Shown here: one piece after another, positions 19,295 through 28,033 of the stretch | How positions within the stretch are numbered: the stretch's first letter is position 1 | Layout of the letters: each line of letters starts with the position of its first letter | Assembly (NCBI GenBank): GCA_002331495.1 | Contig: DCYR01000007.1 | Coordinates: 29,689-93,688 of the forward strand | Direction of reading: 5' to 3' | Source: Patescibacteria group bacterium UBA2105 | GTDB taxonomy: Bacteria; Patescibacteriota; Minisyncoccia; Phycocordibacterales; UBA2100 | DNA: 64,000 nt | Made by a program: the position numbers and the translations under genes | Notes under the pieces: model-generated | Database searches by the model: none | What the model was told of the DNA's origin: nothing | The model's input: the letters and a program-made list of their open reading frames with translations, nothing else

Positions 19295-21223
19295 CTACTC
19301 TAAAACACCTCGAATCCTACGTACTTCGGCCGAGCTAGCTTTCTCTTTTTTGATTCTAAAAACGCCTTGTATCTCTCCAGTGTTCGATACATGAGGGCCT
19401 CCACAAAACTCAAGTGAAAATGATTCATCCAGTCTAGGGTCGTCCGGGCTTGCCCCCGCTGGTCCGATCGAGTATACGTTAACGATATCAGGATATTTTT
19501 GTCCGAATTCCTGTTCGGCTCCAAGAGCTTCGGCTTCCCGCCTGGGGAGTGTCGTTTTGAGAACGGGGAGTTTGGCCTGGATCTGATCGTTCACTATCCG
19601 TTCCACCTCAGCTTTCTGCTCATCCGAAAGTTTTTCATGATGTGAAAAGTCGATGCGCAAGCGTTCCCCAGTAATATTGGACCCTCGCTGTTTGACGTGG
19701 CCCCCAAGCACAATTTGCAAAGCTTTCAGGAGCAAGTGGTGTGCAGTATGAAGTTGAGTTGTGGCGTTTGAGTGGTCGGCAAGTCCGCCCTTGAACTTTT
19801 GTTCAGCACCGGCACGACTTTTCGCTTTGTGCTCCAGTATAAGAGCTTCTACTTCCTTCCACTCTGTCTTGGTTCCATGTTCTTCCAAAATTTCCGCGAC
19901 AAGCTCCTTCGGAAAGCCGTCAGAGGTAATAACTTCAAAAACCTCGTTAGCCGGAATTGCTTTTTCGAATTCTTTTTGATTCCCAACCTCTCCCTCGTGC
20001 TTCAGCATCACCTTCTCCAGCTTCGATAGACCTCGTTTTAATGTCGCTCTAAAACGAGCCTCCTCATCCCCCACGGCTCTTTCAATCTCTGTGCGCCGCT
20101 CTTCCAATTCTGGATAGTGGTCTTTATAGGTGTCAGTGATGATGGCCACCGCCTCAACGAGCGTTCCCTCTTGTATGCCGAGCGTGTCAGCGTACTGAAC
20201 GCTGCGACGAAGCAAGCGGCGTGCAAAGTAGCCCTGCTCCGTGTTTGAGGGCCTTACGCCGTCACTGATCATGAACACGGCTCCTCGTAAATGATCTGCA
20301 ATTATGCGAAAACTTTTCAAATCATCCTTGTAGTACTTGTTACTCGCCTCTTCAAGATGTTTGATAACGTTGCTAAGGGAGTCCACGGCCAAAAACATAT
20401 CTGATTCGTTCGCTGAGGCGGCGGCAATACGCTCAAGACCACCACCAAAATCAACATTTTTCTGCGCTAGTTTCTCAAAGCCTTTGCCGGTCTTCGTGTA
20501 CTCCATAAAAACAGAGTTCCCTATCTCAAGGAAACGCCCACAGTCGCAGTTAGGGTGACAGTGTTCACCCCACGACGAGTCGTGTTCAGTTTCAAAGTCA
20601 TAAAACACTTCTGAGTCTGGCCCGCCGGGTTCTCCAACTGGCATATTATCAGGTACTCCTGATCGACTCCACCAGTTTTTCTTAGCGTCATAGCTAAAAA
20701 TGCGGGCTCCATCTTCCATTCCCTTCTTATACCCGTTCTCCTCTGAACCTACTTCCTGAAACCCATTTGAAATTCCAGTCTCACCAAAAAGTCGCCTCCA
20801 GATCTCAATGGATTCTTCGTCGCGTGGCACGCCTATATCTTCTGCACCGTCAAATACCGTTACGTAGAGTTTGTTTGGATCGAGACCAACTTCTTTTGTT
20901 AGAAATTCGAAAAACCATGGCAATTGCTCTTGCTTGAAGTAGTCTCCGAGCGACCAGTTTCCAAGCATTTCAAAAAAAGTGGTGTGACGGTTGTCCCCCA
21001 CCTCTTCGATATCTTCAGCACGAAATGATTTTTGAGAGTCTGTGAGACGGGTGCCCTTAGGATGCCGCTCACCCAAAAGGTAGGGCAGTAATGGTTGCAT
21101 TCCCGATCCAGTAAAGAGCGTGGTCGGATCGTTCTCGGGAACGAGTGACGCTGAAGGAATAGCCGCGTGACCTCTCGCCACAAAAAAGTCTAGATATTTT
21201 TTCCGAAGTGCCTGAGTGTCCAT
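19295..21223 (-). CDS. alaS: Alanyl-tRNA synthetase, short form (catalytic, tRNA-recognition and editing HxxxH...CxxxH domains; C-Ala domain absent)
   Basis: Class II AlaRS N-terminus (FTGSGMQP, GNWSLGDYFK) and editing motifs (HTAHHLL...H..., CGG). 642 aa. Confidence 0.85.
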   Translation of the reverse strand: MDTQALRKKYLDFFVARGHAAIPSASLVPENDPTTLFTGSGMQPLLPYLLGERHPKGTRLTDSQKSFRAEDIEEVGDNRHTTFFEMLGNWSLGDYFKQEQLPWFFEFLTKEVGLDPNKLYVTVFDGAEDIGVPRDEESIEIWRRLFGETGISNGFQEVGSEENGYKKGMEDGARIFSYDAKKNWWSRSGVPDNMPVGEPGGPDSEVFYDFETEHDSSWGEHCHPNCDCGRFLEIGNSVFMEYTKTGKGFEKLAQKNVDFGGGLERIAAASANESDMFLAVDSLSNVIKHLEEASNKYYKDDLKSFRIIADHLRGAVFMISDGVRPSNTEQGYFARRLLRRSVQYADTLGIQEGTLVEAVAIITDTYKDHYPELEERRTEIERAVGDEEARFRATLKRGLSKLEKVMLKHEGEVGNQKEFEKAIPANEVFEVITSDGFPKELVAEILEEHGTKTEWKEVEALILEHKAKSRAGAEQKFKGGLADHSNATTQLHTAHHLLLKALQIVLGGHVKQRGSNITGERLRIDFSHHEKLSDEQKAEVERIVNDQIQAKLPVLKTTLPRREAEALGAEQEFGQKYPDIVNVYSIGPAGASPDDPRLDESFSLEFCGGPHVSNTGEIQGVFRIKKEKASSAEVRRIRGVLE

Positions 21224-21234
21224 GCTCGAGCAAC

Positions 21235-21456
21235 CTAAAAGAATCCGAAGTGAGCAAGTTCGAGAAGGTATCCAACAAACATCAACGCGATGGCAAATAT
21301 AGCCATCATTTGTTCTCGATGCATTTCCATAAGCACGATACCATCTATGCGCTTCTCTCGAGTTATTTTTCGATGCACCATAATAACTGCAACGCCAAGC
21401 AGCGCTTTCCCTAGGAAGCTAAGTGTTAAACCCCAAAACAGCATAAAATCTAGCAT
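21235..21456 (-). CDS. Small hypothetical membrane protein (2 TM)
   Basis: Hydrophobic 73-aa ORF. Divergent from the M16 peptidase gene. Confidence 0.3.
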   Translation of the reverse strand: MLDFMLFWGLTLSFLGKALLGVAVIMVHRKITREKRIDGIVLMEMHREQMMAIFAIALMFVGYLLELAHFGFF

Positions 21457-21489
21457 ACCACTTTTGTTAATTTGAGCAAAAGATGTATG

Positions 21490-21576
21490 CCCCGTTCCAC
21501 AACTTCAAATGTACTCCGCACTCAAGACACAACTTTTTTCGCACACACGGTAGTGGTTTGAAGTTGTGGAACGGGG
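21490..21576. repeat. 20-bp perfect inverted repeat (CCCCGTTCCACAACTTCAAA / TTTGAAGTTGTGGAACGGGG) separated by 47 nt
   Basis: Seen directly. It sits in the divergent intergenic region between the small membrane protein gene and the M16 peptidase gene, ending 17 nt before the peptidase ATG. Confidence 0.7.
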
Positions 21577-21592
21577 TATGCTAGCTAGCACG

Positions 21593-22864
21593 ATGAAATT
21601 TGAAATATATACTTTAAAGAATGGCATGAGGGTACTCCTTGCCCCCAGCTCGGCGGCTGAATCAGTGACTGTTATGATTATGACAGGCACGGGCTCTCGC
21701 CATGAAAATAAAGCGGAAAATGGCATGGCCCACTTCCTCGAACATATGTTGTTCAAGGGTACCAAGAAACGTAAGACTGCCAGGGCGATTTCCGAAGAGC
21801 TTGATGGAGTTGGCGGTCAGTTCAATGCGTTTACTGGGAAAGATCACACGGCATATTATGCAAAAGTAGATAAACGTCACTTTCAGACAGCATTAGAAGT
21901 AATTTCGGATATATTTCTAAACCCCACGTTGCCTGCGACAGAAATAGAAAAAGAGCGTGGAGCAATCATTGAAGAGATAAACATGTACGAAGATATGCCA
22001 ATTCGCTCGGTTCTCAACGAGGCAGACAAGACACTTTTTGGTGATGATACCCCGATGGGCAGAACGATTCTGGGGCCAAAGAAAAATATCTCCTCGTTTA
22101 CTCGGGAAGAATTTCTCGCGTACTTGAATCGCAACTACGTGGCAAGTAATTCGGCGCTCTGCATAACAGGCTCTTTCTCAAAGACTAAGGCACTTAAGGA
22201 AGCACGTAGGATCTTCGCCACCATGCGTACGGGAGATACTCCGGTACACGTTCCCCACACACACGACCAGAAAGAACCACGGGTCAAAGTAAAGTATAAA
22301 AAAACTGACCAAACACACTTTGTACTCAGTGTCCCTTCATTTCCTCTTAATCACAAAGACGAGTTTGTTGCTGAAGTGCTGGCGGCAGTTTTAGGGGGTG
22401 GAATGTCCAGTCGCCTTTTTACTGAGATTCGTGATAATAGAGGGCTTGCTTACTACGTTAAGGCGGATAATGACGCATACGATGATATAGGTGTACTCTA
22501 CATGAGGGCAGGAGTTGCTAATGAAAAAACGGAAAAGGCAGTCGAACTTGTCGTCAAGGAAATGCGAAAATTAGCCAACACAGCTATTTCCACCCCGGAA
22601 CTTAAAAAGGCAAAAGAGTACTTGAAAGGAACGGCAGCATTGTCACTCGAAACTACCGATGCGCAGGCAGATTACATCGGATATGCGGTACTCGTTCGAA
22701 GAAGTGTTCATGGTTTAGAGGAGTTTAACCGTAAGGTAGATGCAGTGACGGCACGACAGATTTACGTTGTGGCAAAAAAGCTATTTACTACAGACAAACT
22801 CAACCTCACGATAGTCGGGCCGCACAAAGACGAGGCGAAATTCAAAAGACTTCTCAAAATCTAG
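21593..22864 (+). CDS. M16-family zinc peptidase (insulinase/pitrilysin-like), HxxEH motif present
   Basis: AHFLEHMLFKGT motif. Start chosen at MKFEIYTLKNGMRV, which avoids overlap with the upstream inverted repeat. Confidence 0.8.
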   Translation: MKFEIYTLKNGMRVLLAPSSAAESVTVMIMTGTGSRHENKAENGMAHFLEHMLFKGTKKRKTARAISEELDGVGGQFNAFTGKDHTAYYAKVDKRHFQTALEVISDIFLNPTLPATEIEKERGAIIEEINMYEDMPIRSVLNEADKTLFGDDTPMGRTILGPKKNISSFTREEFLAYLNRNYVASNSALCITGSFSKTKALKEARRIFATMRTGDTPVHVPHTHDQKEPRVKVKYKKTDQTHFVLSVPSFPLNHKDEFVAEVLAAVLGGGMSSRLFTEIRDNRGLAYYVKADNDAYDDIGVLYMRAGVANEKTEKAVELVVKEMRKLANTAISTPELKKAKEYLKGTAALSLETTDAQADYIGYAVLVRRSVHGLEEFNRKVDAVTARQIYVVAKKLFTTDKLNLTIVGPHKDEAKFKRLLKI

Positions 22865-22886
22865 GCTTAAAGTAGCTATAACTGTA

Positions 22887-22902
22887 TCAATTAACTGATA
22901 CA
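22887..22902 (+). repeat. 16-mer TCAATTAACTGATACA, left copy (in the convergent gap downstream of the TrpR-like gene)
   Basis: Exact 16/16 identity with the reverse complement of 23356-23371. Confidence 0.7.
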
Positions 22903-22907
22903 GGAAC

Positions 22908-23345
22908 TCACTTACCGCCCGACCGAAATGCATCAGCACTACGTTGCATTTGCTCACGTAATCTCTTCTGTGGATTGGGGGCTATTCCGCCGACGGTTAC
23001 TATATTTTCCAGCATACCTAAAAAACTTTCGCGGTACTTTTTGCGTTTGAAAATATTTGATACGTGTACAAACTTTTCGTGGTTCAGCTGTTCTGATAGT
23101 TTGAAAACTGTTGCAGTACTCACCTTGAGGGTCGAGCTGATGGTCCGAATAGAACTACCGTACGTAAGCATACTCATAATTCCAACTCGCTTAGCCAACA
23201 TTAAGCGCTCCGTAGGCGTAAGTATCTCAAACAACGTTTTAGAAAAGTCGCTTTTCCGTGTATTTGCCAGGAACAGGCTTGCCAATTGGTCGTATATTTG
23301 GGCAGTTATCTGTGGTGATACTTTATTTTTTGAGACGTGAACCAT
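22908..23345 (-). CDS. TrpR-like (YerC/YecD family) helix-turn-helix regulator
   Basis: Sequence pattern (LTPTERLMLAKRVGIMSMLTYGSSIRTISSTLKVSTATV) typical of the Trp-repressor-like family. Confidence 0.55.
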   Translation of the reverse strand: MVHVSKNKVSPQITAQIYDQLASLFLANTRKSDFSKTLFEILTPTERLMLAKRVGIMSMLTYGSSIRTISSTLKVSTATVFKLSEQLNHEKFVHVSNIFKRKKYRESFLGMLENIVTVGGIAPNPQKRLREQMQRSADAFRSGGK

Positions 23346-23355
23346 GTCTACGTAG

Positions 23356-23371
23356 TGTATCAGTTAATTGA
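23356..23371 (-). repeat. 16-mer TCAATTAACTGATACA, inverted copy 11 nt upstream of the TrpR-like gene start
   Basis: The plus strand reads TGTATCAGTTAATTGA; candidate operator. Confidence 0.7.
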
Positions 23372-23434
23372 CACATGAGAGAAGTCCTCTAAAGGGAATA
23401 GTATGTGGAACGGTGCGACAGTATGAGGAGGCGC

Positions 23435-23845
23435 TCATTCGTTTTCAGGGTGCAGCAACTGCTTACCCTGCCCGGAAAACTTTGTTGCAAATACGTCGAT
23501 GGCAACTCCGTAGATTGCTCCTGAGAGAATAACCATCCAGAATAATCCCCATGTAGCAGTGTCGTCAAAGAACACTGACGCGGCGAGTGATAGCGAGACC
23601 CAGATTCCAACAAATGCGCCGCGGATCGGAAACATTTTGAAGTTCAGAAGTGGATGAATTGTTACTATGCCGACGATCGCGACGAAAAAACCAATTGCAG
23701 CGCGGTTGAGGAACACATACCAGAACATTGGTCCATCAAGATCCCATGCATTTGAGACGGTGGCGCTCGAGAGCCACACATCTACCAACGCGATACCGAA
23801 ACCGGCACCAAGAGCTAATAACATCCGTTTAACCATTAGAGGCAT
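23435..23845 (-). CDS. Hypothetical polytopic membrane protein
   Basis: Four hydrophobic helices; no family recognised. Confidence 0.35.
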   Translation of the reverse strand: MPLMVKRMLLALGAGFGIALVDVWLSSATVSNAWDLDGPMFWYVFLNRAAIGFFVAIVGIVTIHPLLNFKMFPIRGAFVGIWVSLSLAASVFFDDTATWGLFWMVILSGAIYGVAIDVFATKFSGQGKQLLHPENE

Positions 23846-23854
23846 ATAAAATTA

Positions 23855-24124
23855 TTACATTGCTAATACTCCTTCTTGTTTAAGAATAGCCCTTTTTTTC
23901 TTCGCGCCGCCACGATTGTATTCGCCCACCGACCCATCGGACTTCACCACGCGATGGCATGGCACGTCTGTAAGATAGTTGTTCCTCATTATAGTTCCGA
24001 CTGCCCGTGCAGCTCCCGGTGATCCAGCAGCCGTGGCAACCTCCGTGTATGATCGAGTCTCGCCCTTGGGTATATTTCGTACCACGTTTTGGACACGTTC
24101 TGAGAAGGTAGTCGCTTTCTTCAT
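23855..24124 (-). CDS. Mini methylated-DNA-protein-cysteine methyltransferase (Ogt/MGMT DNA-binding/active-site domain only)
   Basis: Active-site signature PCHRVV...GEYNRGG; about 90 aa. Confidence 0.65.
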   Translation of the reverse strand: MKKATTFSERVQNVVRNIPKGETRSYTEVATAAGSPGAARAVGTIMRNNYLTDVPCHRVVKSDGSVGEYNRGGAKKKRAILKQEGVLAM

Positions 24125-24125
24125 A

Positions 24126-24959
24126 TTAAAACAGTGTATCATTTTTACCGCCAATTTTTGAGTTGGACATATCAGGTGGCGTTTTTAGATGCACCTGATC
24201 CTCCTTATTCTTTCGGAGAGCCTGCCCAGCTGCTTCACGATAGCGGCAGTAATCGCAGTCGTCGACCGCCTTAGGCGCACGCGGATCGTCGAGACATGAT
24301 TTTATGCTTGCTAGCACCCCTTCCACCCAAGAATCATCACCGTTATAGGGAATGAGCGTCACTTCAAAGTCGAGCCGATTATCAAACATTTCCTTGTCCC
24401 TTCCGGCATTGGCATAGACAAAGTACCCGGTGTCTGAAACATTAAGCTCCTTTTGGCGTAAAAGCCATTGGTACACTTCCATTTGTCGCTTATAGCCGTC
24501 ATGCCAGTCTTGGTCGAGAGCTTCGATGCGAGCGTCTTTACTCGTAGATTTGTAGTCAACAACGTGCAACTCTCCCCTTGAGTTTATCCATATATCGTCA
24601 ACTGCGCCAGAAACAGTGAAGCCAGTCGGTTCGTGGCTTACCTGGATACCTTTAAAGTTTTCACGCCATTCGTCGATGTCTTTGTGCTGAAACGGGACTG
24701 CGTCAATTTTGTACCCCACCATTAATGGGTGTGGCGTTTGTGCCTTGCGGTGGACATCAAATTCTTTTTTAAAAAGTTCGTCGACTGCAGAATTAAGATT
24801 GAATGGGAAGCCGGGTGGGCGCGCCGTCCCCAGTTTGTTATCTACATAAAAACAACGCGGGCACTCCACGAAGAGATCAATCTTTGATCTGGAAAGCCGC
24901 CAACGAGGGCCGCCATAATTCCATCCTGAGTTTCGGTTAGGTTTGTAGTACTGCGACAT
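24126..24959 (-). CDS. PD-(D/E)xK nuclease of the Cas4/RecB family with Fe-S cysteines
   Basis: N-terminal CPRCFY, D...VVDYK, QMEVYQW (QxxxY) and C-terminal C...CDYC cysteines. Confidence 0.7.
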   Translation of the reverse strand: MSQYYKPNRNSGWNYGGPRWRLSRSKIDLFVECPRCFYVDNKLGTARPPGFPFNLNSAVDELFKKEFDVHRKAQTPHPLMVGYKIDAVPFQHKDIDEWRENFKGIQVSHEPTGFTVSGAVDDIWINSRGELHVVDYKSTSKDARIEALDQDWHDGYKRQMEVYQWLLRQKELNVSDTGYFVYANAGRDKEMFDNRLDFEVTLIPYNGDDSWVEGVLASIKSCLDDPRAPKAVDDCDYCRYREAAGQALRKNKEDQVHLKTPPDMSNSKIGGKNDTLF

Positions 24960-24982
24960 CGCGTCAGTATATCACACCGCAA

Positions 24983-25498
24983 TCACTCGTCGTCTAGTTG
25001 AGACGAGGACGTATGGTCCTTGTTGACAACGGGTTCAACGTTATGGCGTCCGAAGTATAGCTTCAAGTTTGCCTCGATGAACCATACTGCGGTGAAAATT
25101 AAAAGGGTAAGCAAGGTAGTGAACGTGGCGATGTAGTACAGGCCAAATCCAACCGCTGCACCAACTCCCGCTGCTACCCACATTCCCGCCGCCGTCGTAA
25201 GACCGCGCATAAGATTTTGGCGGAACATTATTAACCCAGCCCCGATGAACCCTATTCCAGATATTATTGCTGCGGGCACGCGCATGGGGTCAAAATTCAC
25301 CTTGCCAAAGTACTGGGTGGTGATGAGTACGGACACTACCACAAACAAGCATGCTCCTAGCGATACGAGCGCGAATGTCCGCATCCCGGCACTTTTTCCC
25401 GCAATAGAACGCTCCGCTCCAAGCAGTAGTCCCAGGAATGCAGCCAGGGAAAGCTGTAAAAATGTCGTAGCCAGAGTTGGGTCAAATTCAAAAAACAT
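24983..25498 (-). CDS. MgtC/SapB-family membrane protein
   Basis: LGAERSIAGKSAGMRTFALVSLGA ... ISGIGFIGAGLI ... GLTTAAGMW signature. Confidence 0.75.
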   Translation of the reverse strand: MFFEFDPTLATTFLQLSLAAFLGLLLGAERSIAGKSAGMRTFALVSLGACLFVVVSVLITTQYFGKVNFDPMRVPAAIISGIGFIGAGLIMFRQNLMRGLTTAAGMWVAAGVGAAVGFGLYYIATFTTLLTLLIFTAVWFIEANLKLYFGRHNVEPVVNKDHTSSSQLDDE

Positions 25499-25503
25499 AC
25501 TCG

Positions 25504-26013
25504 TTACTGAACAAGAAACGACCTGGTAATGGGATATTCCGCATTGTCGCGCAAAGGAAAGTCATCACGTAAGCTAAATTGCTTGTCGCCATTGTCGCTG
25601 TAGAGAACTACCCAATAGCGTAAATTTGCGATCGTACTGCGCAAAAGGGGAACCTCTATGTTTTGATACGTTCCGGCATTTCGTCGTACTGCCCCGAGAG
25701 CATTGCCGATCAGCCCGTTGTTTTCTTCGTGGATCACTATCCAACCATCTGAGCTGAGTGTGGCAGATGCAACAGCAACTCGCTCCCCAGCGATCTGGTC
25801 GCGGACTTCAATATTCGTTGACTCCGCAGTGCTCTCAATGTTTCCGCTTACGATCGCATCTGGTGCCTTAGATTCTTGCACAATCAAATTTGCAGGAGCT
25901 GTTGCTTCTGCAGGCACGTCCAAAGCTGGTCGATCGGTGTATGCATTCCACGACCAAACGATTAAGAAACCCACTGCAAAACCACCTATAAAGCTGAAAA
26001 TTGTCTTCACCAT
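25504..26013 (-). CDS. Hypothetical secreted or membrane-anchored protein
   Basis: N-terminal signal-anchor; no family recognised. Confidence 0.35.
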   Translation of the reverse strand: MVKTIFSFIGGFAVGFLIVWSWNAYTDRPALDVPAEATAPANLIVQESKAPDAIVSGNIESTAESTNIEVRDQIAGERVAVASATLSSDGWIVIHEENNGLIGNALGAVRRNAGTYQNIEVPLLRSTIANLRYWVVLYSDNGDKQFSLRDDFPLRDNAEYPITRSFLVQ

Positions 26014-26041
26014 ATTCAGTTAGTATTGTAACGCCTAATCA

Positions 26042-26884
26042 TTACTCTGTCATATTTGAATTTTTTGACAACGAACAAAGCTGTTGCACCTCACTTCTCA
26101 CAGCGTCATGTTTTTCACGTGGGATACCGTAGCTGCTTAGCTCGCCGGAGTCCGTTGGTACTTGCCTGCAAAGTACCACATTTGCATCAAGCATCTCCTT
26201 TTTTTCACTGTCCGAGAGTGTTGTAAGAGCGGTAACTGGATGCACTCCTGCCTCGTCAATCAAAACCTCGAGCCCGCGACCCTTCGGATAGTCCCAGCCT
26301 AGCAGATTCATGCCACTGCAGTTGCCGAATCGCGCGGCATTGCGGGTAAAGCGGGTGTTCGTGATGAGCCACCCCTCGTCAACTGATGACCCCTTCCTGG
26401 AGAGGTCATCAAACCGGGACTTCACATAAAGCGCAACCTTGAGGTCAGTTTTTATACCTAGACTGTTGTGGAACTTGACCTCTGCTGCGACTCTCTTGCC
26501 ATCATGGAGAGCCATCACGTCAACCTCGTGTGGGGCGCACAGTCCCTGAGCAGCGACTCCAGTTTCGACATTCGTATAACCGATAGATTGCAGAACATTC
26601 CCTATAAATCTCTCAAAAGGAAACCCTGAGGGACCAAGGTCGAGAACTGCCCGCTTCACTGAATATCTCGCCGCGACCGGTTGTATCTCCTCTTGACGAA
26701 GCAACTCAAATGCATGTTCATAAATTTCCTGCGTGGACATACCGTCACGAAGTTCTGAGACAGTATGGCTGATAATTTTCTCACGAATCTCCTTGGAGGC
26801 ACCGACTCGTTCGAGAGACCTATCTAATTTAGACTCGTTGAACGGCTCTTGCTCACCGTTCATTTTCGTAATCAAGGTAGCCAT
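26042..26884 (-). CDS. ATP-cone domain protein fused to a PD-(D/E)xK restriction-endonuclease-like (Mrr-type) domain
   Basis: N-terminal ATP-cone pattern (ITKMNGEQEPFNESKL...) and a D...EVK motif (VDVMALHDGKRVAAEVK) in the C-terminal half. Confidence 0.5.
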   Translation of the reverse strand: MATLITKMNGEQEPFNESKLDRSLERVGASKEIREKIISHTVSELRDGMSTQEIYEHAFELLRQEEIQPVAARYSVKRAVLDLGPSGFPFERFIGNVLQSIGYTNVETGVAAQGLCAPHEVDVMALHDGKRVAAEVKFHNSLGIKTDLKVALYVKSRFDDLSRKGSSVDEGWLITNTRFTRNAARFGNCSGMNLLGWDYPKGRGLEVLIDEAGVHPVTALTTLSDSEKKEMLDANVVLCRQVPTDSGELSSYGIPREKHDAVRSEVQQLCSLSKNSNMTE

Positions 26885-26947
26885 AACATGTGTAATTATA
26901 CGTGAAAGTACCTGCTTGATACACTAACGAACGTGCATAGATGCCTC

Positions 26948-28003
26948 TTAGACCACGATTCCCCCTCCTACACAAACGTCATCATCATAGAGAACAAGTG
27001 ACTGCCCTGGAGCCATCACCACTTTCTCATCTAAGAGGATGCGAGCATTTTTGCTGTCAAAACTCTTGAGCGTGCATGCTATTGGTTTTGCGTGGTAGCG
27101 AATTTCACACGAATAATCCGCACTTTCCTTGAGTGGAATGAGCTGATTAAGCTGCCTCAGCTCAAGCATGTCTGTCGCCTCTTTCGTTTCAAGTTGTTCG
27201 GTTGAGATAGTGATTGTGTTCTTTGGTATGTCTTTTGCAACGACGTAGTGCACCAGGCCCTGTGCGTCTTTGTCCGTTATAGTAAAGCCTCCTCGCTGAC
27301 CTAAAGTCACAAGCTCGGCTCCGTCGTGTGACCCTATCACTTTGCCTTGCTCATCTAAAACATGGCCTGGTTTTGTTTCTATGAAATTTTCCAAGAACGA
27401 GCGCATGTTCACGTCGCCCATAAAGCACAACCCTTGGCTGTCGGGTTTATGTGCGCTCGGAATCCCGTGCTGCCTAGCGTAACTACGGACCTCCTGCTTC
27501 GTCATTTCTCCTATCGGCATAAGCGTATGTCGCAGTTCTTTTTGTGTGAGCTTCCAAAGGAAGTACACTTGGTCTTTACCCCGATCTATACCCCTGAGTA
27601 GCTTAGAAATTCCCCCCTCTTCCCGTATACGAGCGTGATGACCCGTAGCTATTTTGTCAGCCCCCTCTGCTAGCGCGTAGTCTAGAAAAGATCCGAACTT
27701 TATCGTTGAATTACAGAGCACATCAGGGTTAGGGGTCCGGCCAGCTTTGTACTCCTCGACCATCTCGTCGACCACGCTACGTTTGTACTCTTGGGCAAGG
27801 TCAAGGTGTCGAAACGGAATGCCTAGCGAGGCCGCGACACGTTTTGCGGCCTGTTCTTCTTCGTCTTGGTTGCATGCCAAAAAAGCAGGTTGCCAGACAC
27901 GAATAAACACACCGGTCACTTCGTGACCTTCGTTTTTTAGCATGTGGGCGGCAACTGCACTGTCCACCCCACCTGAAACGGCTACGAAAACCTTTTTCTT
28001 CAT
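26948..28003 (-). CDS. mnmA: tRNA-specific 2-thiouridylase MnmA
   Basis: PP-loop SGGVDSAV, catalytic cysteines; 351 aa. Confidence 0.85.
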   Translation of the reverse strand: MKKKVFVAVSGGVDSAVAAHMLKNEGHEVTGVFIRVWQPAFLACNQDEEEQAAKRVAASLGIPFRHLDLAQEYKRSVVDEMVEEYKAGRTPNPDVLCNSTIKFGSFLDYALAEGADKIATGHHARIREEGGISKLLRGIDRGKDQVYFLWKLTQKELRHTLMPIGEMTKQEVRSYARQHGIPSAHKPDSQGLCFMGDVNMRSFLENFIETKPGHVLDEQGKVIGSHDGAELVTLGQRGGFTITDKDAQGLVHYVVAKDIPKNTITISTEQLETKEATDMLELRQLNQLIPLKESADYSCEIRYHAKPIACTLKSFDSKNARILLDEKVVMAPGQSLVLYDDDVCVGGGIVV

Positions 28004-28033
28004 TGTTGTGCGAGCATAAATTGGCCTCGTCCC

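Noticed and set aside
21566-21592. Longer start (MERGMLAST...) for the M16 peptidase
   Set aside because: It would begin inside the right arm of the 20-bp inverted repeat. The downstream ATG (MKFEIYTLKNG) gives a typical M16 N-terminus.
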